31,123 bases of DNA from the IMG/VR virus record IMGVR_UViG_2671181040_000014; one strand, written 5' to 3'. The notes beneath the pieces are model-generated. The model made no database searches, had not been told where the DNA came from, and saw only the letters and a list, made by a program, of their open reading frames with translations. The first letter of the stretch is position 1, and every line of letters starts with the position of its first letter. The position numbers and the translations under genes were made by a program. This document shows, one piece after another, positions 1 through 7,700 of the stretch. This stretch comes from a virus. Taxonomy: Duplodnaviria; Heunggongvirae; Uroviricota; Caudoviricetes.

Positions 1-405
1 ATGGATCAGGTCGTTGTTTTTCAAAAGATGTTTGAGCAAGTGAGAAAAGAGCAAAACTTCTCCTGGTTTTATTCAGAATTAAAACATCACCGTATTGCAC
101 ATTACATTTATTATCTGGCTACGGATAACATCAGAATTATTACTCACGATGACACGGTTTTGTTATTAAGAGGAACCAGGAACCTGTTAAAAGTTAGTAC
201 GACCAAGAACCCTGCTAAAATAAAAGAGGCCGCATTGCTTCATATTTGCGGAAAATCTACATTTCGGGAATACTGTTCAACACTAGCAGGCGCGGGCGTT
301 TTCCGGTGGGTTACTGATGTTAATCATAACAAACGCAGTTACTACGCCATTGATAATACGCTTTTATATATTGAAGATGTAGAAAATAATAAACCATTAA
401 TCTAG
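1..405 (+). CDS. ycgX: small hypothetical protein of the chromosomal flank (YcgX-like)
   Basis: Complete 134-aa ORF starting at base 1 in AT-rich DNA. Its position beside an IraM-like ORF and an icd 3' fragment matches the icdC-iraM-ycgX neighbourhood of E. coli K-12 as I recall it. Identity is from memory, not a search. Confidence 0.45.
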   Translation: MDQVVVFQKMFEQVRKEQNFSWFYSELKHHRIAHYIYYLATDNIRIITHDDTVLLLRGTRNLLKVSTTKNPAKIKEAALLHICGKSTFREYCSTLAGAGVFRWVTDVNHNKRSYYAIDNTLLYIEDVENNKPLI

Positions 406-614
406 CTAAAGTTGGATGCTTAAGAAATGCTTCATAATTCAGTAAGGCATTAGCATAATGGGAATAAAAGTACAGAGACTATCCCTATGGATGATAAATA
501 CTGTCCTTTTATTGCTACCCATAAATAATCACCATGCCAATACTATCAAATTGATATTTGAAATGTGATCACTTGACTTTCTATACGTTATTTTATAACG
601 GTTAATATATTTAT

Positions 615-661
615 AAAAACAACGGGTGTGCCATACGCCCGTTTCAATACTTAACGCACAT
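615..661. repeat. ~47-bp hairpin-containing element (AACGGGTGT-loop-ACGCCCGTT), near-copy of 1477-1523
   Basis: Aligns with 1477-1523 with a few substitutions. Imperfect inverted repeat with one G-T wobble; a T-run follows on the minus strand. Confidence 0.5.
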
Positions 662-1100
662 GTGTTTTGGTTTAGTCATCATCCAGTTATATGTATTTTA
701 GCCAGGAACAGGTTAAACCTTTCCTATATAACTCAAAAATTGAAACCTTATTCTCATGTCATGCTTATATTCATTATTATCGTTATATAAAAAGGCAACC
801 ATAATGTTTAGCAAATTGGCACAAAGTAGCATAAAGGCTATGTTTTAATTACAGGATGTTCAGTCATTTGAATGTATAACATTATAGCTAAACAAATCTA
901 AAACGAAGTGAATAATTTATTGTTTTCACTAAATCTCATTTTGTTTAACATCCATTGAGATTCCTTGCTTTAAATTTTGTTTTATATAAGCAATCGTTTT
1001 AATTAATTTATTTTTTGAAGGGGTAATATACTCATATGCAAAATAAAGAAATGAACATCCAAATGAACTATATTAAATACCGTGGGATAAGACATAACAA

Positions 1101-1424
1101 ATGAAGTGGATAGTAATTGACACGATAATTCAACCTTCATGCGGCATATCTTTTTCAGCCATATGGGGTAATATGAAAATGATCATCTGGTATCAATCTA
1201 CTATATTTCTCCCTCCTGGCAGTATATTTACACCGGTTAAATCTGGAATTATCCTTAAAGATAAAGAATATCCTATTACTATTTATAACATCGCACCATT
1301 CAACAAGGATTTATGGAGTCTACTCAAAAGCAGTCAAGAGTGTCCTCCAGGAGAAAGCAAAATAACAAATAAATGTTTGCATAATAGTTGCATTATAAAA
1401 ATATGCCCATATGGGCTCAAGTAA
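1101..1424 (+). CDS. iraM: anti-adaptor IraM-like protein (RssB inhibitor family)
   Basis: 107-aa ORF (MKWIVIDT...). Length and position next to the icd 3' fragment match iraM (ycgW) of E. coli K-12 as recalled. Not verifiable here. Confidence 0.5.
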   Translation: MKWIVIDTIIQPSCGISFSAIWGNMKMIIWYQSTIFLPPGSIFTPVKSGIILKDKEYPITIYNIAPFNKDLWSLLKSSQECPPGESKITNKCLHNSCIIKICPYGLK

Positions 1425-1476
1425 AGGGTTTTATATAAATATGCTCGATATGCTATTAATAATACCTACATAAATA

Positions 1477-1523
1477 AAACAACGGGCGTGTTATACGCCC
1501 GTTGCAATATTAAACACATGTAG
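1477..1523. terminator. hairpin element between the convergent iraM-like ORF and the icd fragment; probable shared terminator
   Basis: Perfect 9-bp stem AACGGGCGT / ACGCCCGTT with a 5-nt loop (1485-1507). On the minus strand it lies directly after the icd stop codon and is followed by a T-rich run. Confidence 0.5.
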
Positions 1524-1526
1524 TGA

Positions 1527-1691
1527 TTACATGTTCTTGATGATCGCATCACCAAATTCTGAACATTTCAGCAGTTTAGCGCCTTCCATCAGACGTTCGA
1601 AGTCATAGGTTACAGTCTTGGCGTTGATTGCGCCTTCCATACCTTTAACAATCAGGTCTGCGGCTTCAGTCCAGCCCATATGGCGTAACAT
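1527..1691 (-). pseudogene. icdC: 3' fragment of the isocitrate dehydrogenase gene (last 54 codons plus stop)
   Basis: Minus-strand translation [54 protein letters not shown] matches the Icd C-terminus as I recall it. Homology stops abruptly at 1691/1692. Phages integrating into icd leave such a fragment. Confidence 0.85.
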
Positions 1692-2509
1692 TAGATTTAG
1701 AAAATTATTATATCCAATTGAATTAAAACAATTTTATACTTAACGAACATCTAAACTTGTTTTTTTACCTTCACCATAACTCGCTGATTTTGTATAGTTT
1801 ACGTAGCGTTTTGATAACCACTTTATGGCAAAATGGAGGTTCGCTTGAAAACTTCTGTTCTTATCCAGAAATTAATGGAAATTGACAAAACTGTACTATT
1901 CGATGCGGACGTAGTGACCGGTGAGGAATGGTGGCCAACCCCGATTTCTCGTGTTTATCACAATCCGCCACATACTTATGTAGAATTTTAAACAGGTGAA
2001 CAATCTCAAAATGAATCTGACGAGCTAAGTGTTTATAGCGAATTACAAATTTGTGCACATCGAATGATGCAAATTAGAGATTTTGTGCAATCTAACGAGG
2101 GACTGAAACCTGAAAAAATTGTTTCGGAAATAAACATTCAAATTGAACGTATTAAAAAGTGATGGCTGAAGCAATTCTGAAACACTAATTCATATTCTAT
2201 GTTCTTCATACCAATGTGGATTTAACTCCCACCCACCCACCAACCCACCAACCATGATTGGGCGGCGCAAGAAACTAATATCAATTAAAACAGCAAGTTA
2301 TCAGTCTAAACAGAACACCAACGGGATGGAGGAGAGACAAAAAATATCCAATGAAACCGTAGCGCGTCAGCATTCAAAAGCGGGGTTTCTTATTTTTACT
2401 TCACCAGTAACAAATACACTGTATCATAACTACATAAAAATGATTGTTCTGACTCAGATGAATTTCTTACTCTTGTGGAATGTCACTTAATGTTATTTAT
2501 AGGTAAACA

Positions 2510-4399
2510 ATGAAATCCGAAACGCTAACCATCCAGCAAATTTTCCAAAATCAACGACAATATCGTGTTCCATTCTATCAACGTGCCTACGTATGGACGC
2601 AACGAAACCAATGGTCAGCTTTGTTGGAGGATATCTTCGAAAAAGCACAGAGCCGACTTTCGGGAACAAAACCAACCCCTCATTTCCTCGGCGCGGTGGT
2701 GCTGGAACCTCAACTCAAAAACAGCTTGTTAGGTGTAGATACCATACATATTATTGACGGCCAGCAACGTTTAACCACTCTTCAATATATTCTGGCATCC
2801 ATTCGATTATCATTGCGTGCTACAGGCCTTTCTGAACTGGAAGGGTTAGTATTGACTTGCTTGAAAAATACAAACGAAGCAACGATGAGAAATAAAAAGG
2901 TAGAATGCTTCAAACTGTGGCCAACTTTTCGAGATCAAACTCATTTTATTCAAAGTCTTAATGTTGATAATATTGACGATCTCCGTAATGTATTTTCTGA
3001 TAGCTTCACGCAACATGGTACGTTACGTAAACATTTCAACCACCCGCCGTCACTAGAGGCATTATGGTTTTTTACTGAAGCCTTTATAAAATGGATTAAA
3101 ATAGAAAACCACTCACCACAAGAAAATGCTGTAGCACTAATTGAGGCTGTCTTGACGGATCTGAAACTGGTAAGCATATTTCTCGAAGCTGAAGATGATG
3201 CCCAAATAATTTTTGAAACATTAAATGGGCGAGGAGCGGAACTTCATGCAACGGATCTTATTCGCAACTATATCTTTATGTGCGCTGAGCATGAAAATAT
3301 TAATGCTATTGAATTATATGAAAATGAGTGGAAGATCTTTGAAGATAAATACTGGTCGGAAAAGCAACGCCGTGGACGTATTAATAAACCACGCATGGAG
3401 TGGCTTGTACATGCGACATTGCAATCAGAAAGGCAGCGTGAAATTGATCTGTCTCGCCTTTACAATGAGTATCGTGATTATGTAAGTAAGGACTTGCCTT
3501 CACAACGAGCAGATCTGCAAGTAAAGCGCCTCAAACAATATGCATCACAATATAAAGAATTGGTTGGTGGTTTTGGCACAACCCCCATCTCACTCTTTGG
3601 ACATCGCATCGCAGCCTATGATGTGACGACACTCTATCCGCTTGCTTTGTTCATTTCGATAGCTAACATCGCCGATGATGAGAAAGCAGCCATGTATAAT
3701 GATCTTGTCTCCTACGTAGTACGAAGATCCGTATGTGGCCTGACGCCAAAGAATTACAACAATGTATTTATGAATGTATTGCGACACTTGTCTAAAACGG
3801 AAATTTCCAGTGTTGAGTTACGTAATATCCTCAATAGCTTAAATGGCGAAGCCTCACGTTGGCCTGGGGACTCAGAATTTCTCAACGCTTGCATCAATGC
3901 TCCACTTTATCCTGGCAGGCTCGACGCACCGAAAATGCGCTCAATGTTAACGGAACTTGAAAGAGAACTTTGTCGCCAAGTGAAGACAGAAAAGCCTGAT
4001 GTTCCAAATCTTTCTAATCTCGATATCGATCATCTTATGCCTCAAAGTTGGTATTCCTGTTGGCCTCTCGAAAATGGTCATATGGTGACAAATTCAGATG
4101 CTACGGTAATGAACCAAATTGTTCTGTCTGGAACCGATCTTACCCCTGAACAGCTACTGGTAAGGAAACGGCAACAAGCGATAGCTACGTTGGGAAATCT
4201 AACTTTGCTTAACCTTAGCGTAAACCGTTCCGTTCAGAATGCTGTATTTCTGAAAAAACGTGATGCTCTCATCGTCCACACCAATCTACGACTGAACATA
4301 CCACTTATACTTAAGGATAAATGGGATGAGAGTGAAATACAGGAGCGAGGTAAAAAGTTGGGGGAAATTGCATTGAAAGTATGGCCAAAATACGATTAA
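2510..4399 (+). CDS. DUF262 (ParB-like, DGQQR motif) / DUF1524 (His-Me finger) fusion protein; GmrSD-family type IV restriction endonuclease candidate
   Basis: 629-aa ORF. N-terminal YQRAYVW and IIDGQQRLTTL motifs typical of DUF262; C-terminal DIDHLMPQSW and GNLTLLNLSVNRS resemble the DUF1524 HNH-like nuclease. AT-rich, beside a truncated invertase, in the slot mcrA occupies in e14. Confidence 0.75.
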   Translation: MKSETLTIQQIFQNQRQYRVPFYQRAYVWTQRNQWSALLEDIFEKAQSRLSGTKPTPHFLGAVVLEPQLKNSLLGVDTIHIIDGQQRLTTLQYILASIRLSLRATGLSELEGLVLTCLKNTNEATMRNKKVECFKLWPTFRDQTHFIQSLNVDNIDDLRNVFSDSFTQHGTLRKHFNHPPSLEALWFFTEAFIKWIKIENHSPQENAVALIEAVLTDLKLVSIFLEAEDDAQIIFETLNGRGAELHATDLIRNYIFMCAEHENINAIELYENEWKIFEDKYWSEKQRRGRINKPRMEWLVHATLQSERQREIDLSRLYNEYRDYVSKDLPSQRADLQVKRLKQYASQYKELVGGFGTTPISLFGHRIAAYDVTTLYPLALFISIANIADDEKAAMYNDLVSYVVRRSVCGLTPKNYNNVFMNVLRHLSKTEISSVELRNILNSLNGEASRWPGDSEFLNACINAPLYPGRLDAPKMRSMLTELERELCRQVKTEKPDVPNLSNLDIDHLMPQSWYSCWPLENGHMVTNSDATVMNQIVLSGTDLTPEQLLVRKRQQAIATLGNLTLLNLSVNRSVQNAVFLKKRDALIVHTNLRLNIPLILKDKWDESEIQERGKKLGEIALKVWPKYD

Positions 4400-4421
4400 T
4401 GCAATTAATAAAATGATTATA

Positions 4422-4445
4422 GCGGCCTTACATTAGTAAGGCCGC
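4422..4445. terminator. 10-bp-stem hairpin (GCGGCCTTAC-ATTA-GTAAGGCCGC) between the convergent DUF262 gene and the invertase remnant
   Basis: Perfect inverted repeat 23 bp after the DUF262 stop. No clean T-run on the plus strand; a T-rich run follows on the minus strand. Confidence 0.4.
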
Positions 4446-4499
4446 AACTCACTATTAAATCCTTTAATTTGCATCAAGAACAGCACTGTCAGCCCTAGG

Positions 4500-4624
4500 C
4501 TCTCGGACTTTGTACCGCTTATCTTGTCTTCAAAAATCAGCTCGCATCCTGCACAGTTCAACGCATTACGTTGTAGATCGATTTTCTGGTCATTTGTTGA
4601 TACGCAAACATAGCCAATAAGCAT
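4500..4624 (-). pseudogene. pin: truncated serine invertase (Pin/Gin/Hin family), N-terminal ~41 codons only
   Basis: Minus-strand translation MLIGYVCVSTNDQKIDLQRNALNCAGCELIFEDKISGTKSE matches the conserved invertase N-terminus with the catalytic-serine motif YVRVST (here YVCVST). Similarity ends near 4500 where the AT-rich cargo begins. Confidence 0.8.
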
Positions 4625-4632
4625 GGTAGCTC

Positions 4633-4704
4633 CCTCTGACAAAAGCAGGAATGATGCCATTTTCTCGTTATTTCTGCATTTTCATAAACGTTGGTTTGGG
4701 AGAA
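4633..4704. repeat. inverted repeat arm (pin leader plus pix), reverse complement of 31052-31123
   Basis: Base-by-base comparison shows an exact reverse-complement match to the last 72 bases of the window. Confidence 0.9.
4679..4704. other. pix/hix/gix-like 26-bp recombination site (12-2-12; TTTTCATAAACG-TT-GGTTTGGGAGAA)
   Basis: Imperfect inverted half-sites of the TTNTNNAAAACC type around a central TT, directly upstream of the invertase remnant. Homology with the right-hand switch starts exactly at the central dinucleotide. Confidence 0.7.
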
Positions 4705-5040
4705 TTATCTCTGGCTGGCACTGCATCGGGTGTCATTGGTCTGAATGGGTATGTAACGATTCCGTTAATTATTTCAGGTTCCCGGAGAACACTGATTATT
4801 CAGTGGGGGCAGGCGAGATTTGGTGGGTCTGGTGGTGAAGATGCCGGATATCTTAATGATTTTCCTTTTGCCTTTCCGTCAGCATGTTATGGAATGATAG
4901 TTAGTCATGTGGGGCATACACCTTCAGGCGCAGGAATCCTGTCGGCTTCTGCAATTACATCAAATCAGTTCCGCGGTTTTTCAAGCATAGCGACTGCTGC
5001 AAATGCTGTATTAGGTCGTTATATCGCTATAGGGGGTTAA
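4693..5040 (+). pseudogene. tail-fibre variable C-terminal segment (Sv) without its constant N-terminal part
   Basis: Translation from LSLAGTASGVIG to the stop is identical to the C-terminus of the 29245-29883 tail fibre. Upstream codons come from the invertase leader, so the listed start at 4651 is an artefact of reading across the pix site. Confidence 0.65.
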
Positions 5041-5041
5041 T

Positions 5042-5479
5042 ATGTTTTATAGTCCATCATTAAACATTTTTGTGAATCCTGCGCTTAAGGATGATTACAT
5101 TAATGCAAATTCATGGCCAGATGATGCTCTGGCTGTCAGTGATGATGTTTATAATGAATTTGCAATCAATACGCCCCCATATGACAAAATTCGTGTTGCA
5201 GGAAAAAATGGATTACCCACATGGGCACTAATACCTCCACCATCGCATGAAGAACTTATTCAACAGGCAGAATCAGAAAGGCAATTATTGCTTAATCAGG
5301 CCAACGAATACATGAACAGTAAACAATGGCCCGGTAAAGCCGCTATTGGTCGTCTGAAAGACGAGGAACTGGCACTATATAATTTGTGGCTGGATTACCT
5401 GGACGCACTGGAACTGGTGGATACCTCCAGTGCTCCAGATATTGAATGGCCTACACCTCCGGTAACTCAGGCCAGCTAA
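5042..5479 (+). CDS. tfa: tail fibre assembly protein (Tfa family), duplicate of 29885-30322
   Basis: 145-aa ORF starting one base after the Sv stop; identical protein to 29885-30322. Confidence 0.75.
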   Translation: MFYSPSLNIFVNPALKDDYINANSWPDDALAVSDDVYNEFAINTPPYDKIRVAGKNGLPTWALIPPPSHEELIQQAESERQLLLNQANEYMNSKQWPGKAAIGRLKDEELALYNLWLDYLDALELVDTSSAPDIEWPTPPVTQAS

Positions 5480-5542
5480 TCTCAGGAGCCGTCGAAGTGT
5501 CGACGGCTTTTACTTCTTTTTTGTAGTCCATCCAGGCGGATA
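5451..5542 (-). pseudogene. 3' fragment of the alternative tail fibre assembly gene (tfa'), about 30 codons
   Basis: Minus-strand translation ends LSAWMDYKKEVKAVDTSTAPEISWPELPEV, identical to the C-terminus of the 30294-30689 ORF. Homology ends at 5542. Confidence 0.65.
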
Positions 5543-5724
5543 ACAGCGCGAACGATACAGCCGTACCGCGATTAACAACATCAAAAAATTCTGGTCGCTG
5601 ACAGCGAAAGGCTGCATGTTCGGCAAGAACATCACCAGTCCCGCAAATCCGCGCGAGACGCAGCCGCACTTTTTCGAATCCCGATTCCCTGAGCTGTTAA
5701 AGCTGCTCGATACCGTTCATTGAG

Positions 5725-6720
5725 GTGACCGTGAGAGCACTACTGACCCCTGAAATTGCCCCGCGTATGGGGATCGTATTGTTCAGACCAGGTTCAGAGC
5801 TGATGCCCCTGTTTATGCAGGGGCGTGTCCTGCTGGAGCCTGAGCCGGAGCATTATTCATCTTTCGCCAGTGGTGCCGTTCCCGCGGCATCACAACCGCT
5901 GGCGGATGATCCTGTCGTTCGGGCCGTGTTCCGTAATGAGGCAGTGATTCGTCGTGCTGGTGGGGTGGAATGTCTTGAAAGCTGGTTACTTCGTGAAAAA
6001 GGCTGCCAGTGGCCTCATTCCGACTGGCACAGCGAGAACATGACCACAATGCGACACGCGCCGGGCGCAATCCGTCTGTGCTGGCACTGCGATAACCAGT
6101 TGCGCGATCAGTTCACGGAACGGCTGGAATCAATGGCAACGGATAACTGTGCCCGCTGGGTATTGTCTGTTGTGCGTCGGGATCTCGGTTTTGATGATAG
6201 TCACGTTGTGACAATGCCGGAACTGTGCTGGTGGCTGGTTCGTAATGACCTGGCGGATGCCTTACCGGAAAGTGCAGCCCGTAAGGCACTGAGATTACCG
6301 AAGCCTGTTGTGCCGTCTGTCACCCGGGAAAGTGACCTTGTGCCTTCGGTTCCTGCCACCAGCATCATCCAGGATAAGGCGAAAAAGGTGCTGGCGCTGA
6401 AAGTGGATCCGGAGTCGCCGGAGTCTTTTATGTTACGCCCAAAACGTCGCCGCTGGGCTAATGAAAAGTACACGCGCTGGGTTAAGACACAGCCGTGTGC
6501 ATGTTGTGGAAAGCTTGCTGATGATCCCCACCACCTGATAGGCGACGGTCAGGGGGGAATGGGTACAAAAGCGCATGACCTCTTTGTGTTGCCTTTGTGC
6601 AGAAAGCATCACGACGATCTGCATGCGGATACCGTGGCATTTGAAGAAAAGTATGGCTCCCAGTTGGAGCTGATATTTCGTTTTATCGATCGTGCGCTGG
6701 CAATTGGCGTGCTGGCGTAA
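5725..6720 (+). CDS. DUF968-like phage protein (nin-region type, YdfU-like) with a C-terminal Cys/His cluster
   Basis: 331-aa ORF; C-terminal CACCGK...DPHHL...LCRKHHDDLH motif. GTG start at 5725 is uncertain (alternatives 5731 and 5767). Sits directly upstream of the Q-like gene, as ydfU does beside quuQ in the Qin prophage as I recall it. Confidence 0.5.
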   Translation: MTVRALLTPEIAPRMGIVLFRPGSELMPLFMQGRVLLEPEPEHYSSFASGAVPAASQPLADDPVVRAVFRNEAVIRRAGGVECLESWLLREKGCQWPHSDWHSENMTTMRHAPGAIRLCWHCDNQLRDQFTERLESMATDNCARWVLSVVRRDLGFDDSHVVTMPELCWWLVRNDLADALPESAARKALRLPKPVVPSVTRESDLVPSVPATSIIQDKAKKVLALKVDPESPESFMLRPKRRRWANEKYTRWVKTQPCACCGKLADDPHHLIGDGQGGMGTKAHDLFVLPLCRKHHDDLHADTVAFEEKYGSQLELIFRFIDRALAIGVLA

Positions 6721-6733
6721 GTGGAGAACGAGC

Positions 6734-7486
6734 ATGAACCTTGAAGCCTTACCAAAATATTACTCCCCAAAATCTCCAAAATTGAGCGATGACGCACCGG
6801 CGACAGGCTCAGGTGGTTTAACGATTACGGATGTGATGGCTGCGCAGGGGATGGTGCAGTCGAAAGCACCGCTTGGGTTTGCCTTATTCCTGGCAAAAGT
6901 TGGTGTTCAGGATCCTCAGTTTGCGATTGAAGGTCTGCTCAATTACGCGATGGCACTGGATAACCCGACATTGAACAAATTGAGTGAAGAAACCCGGTTA
7001 CAGATCATCCCTTACCTTGTGAATTTTGCCTTTGCTGATTATTCCAGGTCTGCGGCAAGTAAGGCTCGCTGTGAGCATTGTGCTGGTACTGGATTTCATA
7101 ATGTATTGCGCGAAGTGGTGAAACACTCCAGAAGCGGGGAATCTGTTATCAAGGAAGAGTGGGTGAAGGAACTATGTCAGCATTGCCATGGTAAGGGAGA
7201 AGTCAGCACCGCGTGCAGAGGGTGTAAGGGTAAAGGTATTGTCCTGGATGAAAAAAGAACCCGGCTTCATGGCACGCCTGTTTATAAGATTTGTGGGCGT
7301 TGCAGTGGAAACCGGTTTAGCCGTTTACCAACCACACTGGCGCGGCTTCATGTCCAGAAGCTGGTACCAGACCTGACGGATTATCAGTGGTACAAAGGAT
7401 ATGCAGATGTCATTGATAAACTGGTTACAAAGTGCTGGCAGGAGGAAGCTTACGCTGAAGCACAATTGAGAAGGGTGACGAGATAA
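6734..7486 (+). CDS. late-gene antitermination protein Q-like, with four CxxCxGxG zinc-finger repeats
   Basis: 250-aa ORF from the ATG at 6734 (GGAG 7 nt upstream). Contains CEHCAGTG, CQHCHGKG, CRGCKGKG and CGRCSGNR. Followed by a strong intrinsic terminator and then the lysis genes, the lambdoid Q-pR'-tR' layout. Confidence 0.5.
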   Translation: MNLEALPKYYSPKSPKLSDDAPATGSGGLTITDVMAAQGMVQSKAPLGFALFLAKVGVQDPQFAIEGLLNYAMALDNPTLNKLSEETRLQIIPYLVNFAFADYSRSAASKARCEHCAGTGFHNVLREVVKHSRSGESVIKEEWVKELCQHCHGKGEVSTACRGCKGKGIVLDEKRTRLHGTPVYKICGRCSGNRFSRLPTTLARLHVQKLVPDLTDYQWYKGYADVIDKLVTKCWQEEAYAEAQLRRVTR

Positions 7487-7593
7487 GCGATTTTCGCCGA
7501 AGATAACGACATAATACTTGTATTTCTCAAAAAATATGGATAAGATTTTCTCAACGATGGGGCTTGTGTATCTATCGTTGAACAATTTTTACG

Positions 7594-7617
7594 ACCTCGC
7601 TATTGCGAGGTTTTTTT
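7594..7617 (+). terminator. rho-independent terminator (tR'-like) downstream of the Q-like gene
   Basis: Stem ACCTCGC / GCGAGGT with loop TATT, followed by seven T residues (7611-7617) and a second T-run. Confidence 0.65.
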
Positions 7618-7655
7618 ATGGTTTTTTTCTATTCAATCTACATCAAAATCAATGT

Positions 7656-7664
7656 GTTATAATG
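7656..7664 (+). promoter_or_regulatory. candidate extended -10 promoter element (TGtTATAAT) upstream of the 7701 ORF
   Basis: Perfect TATAAT at 7659-7664 with TG at 7656-7657, about 36 nt upstream of the 7701 start. No convincing -35 hexamer. Confidence 0.4.
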
Positions 7665-7700
7665 TTTTCTGTAAAACAACATTAAAAACAGGAGAACATT

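Larger units (their letters stand above)
4691..5542. repeat. 852-bp direct repeat, copy 1 (Sv segment, tfa, 3' end of tfa'), matching 29534-30385
   Basis: Identical at every position I compared, and the encoded proteins are identical in both copies. Boundaries are 4690/4691 and 5542/5543. Confidence 0.9.

Noticed and set aside
1861-2058. 65-aa minus-strand ORF in the cargo region
   Set aside because: No RBS or motif, and it is antisense to the more coherent interrupted plus-strand frame at 1833-2162.
2254-2490. 78-aa ORF immediately downstream of the C/A-rich repeat
   Set aside because: No RBS, low-complexity composition, and it runs into the DUF262 gene's upstream region; more likely non-coding.
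2950-3787. Short ORFs on both strands within the DUF262/DUF1524 gene (2950-3177, 3225-3485, 3590-3787)
   Set aside because: Embedded in a long ORF with clear domain motifs; AT-rich sequence produces spurious short frames.
4651-4704. Apparent N-terminus MMPFSRYFCIFINVGLGE of the Sv ORFs (also at 31052-31105 on the minus strand)
   Set aside because: These codons are the invertase leader and pix half-site read in the fibre frame. The real fibre N-terminus is the constant part at 29245, so this is not an independent start.
5543-5724. Possible gene remnant or att site in the junction interval
   Set aside because: No open frame with a motif, no pix-like site and no repeat matching the icd boundary; left unassigned as junction DNA.
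7188-7376. 62-aa ORF inside the Q-like gene
   Set aside because: Alternative frame wholly within a gene that has a clear repeated motif structure.
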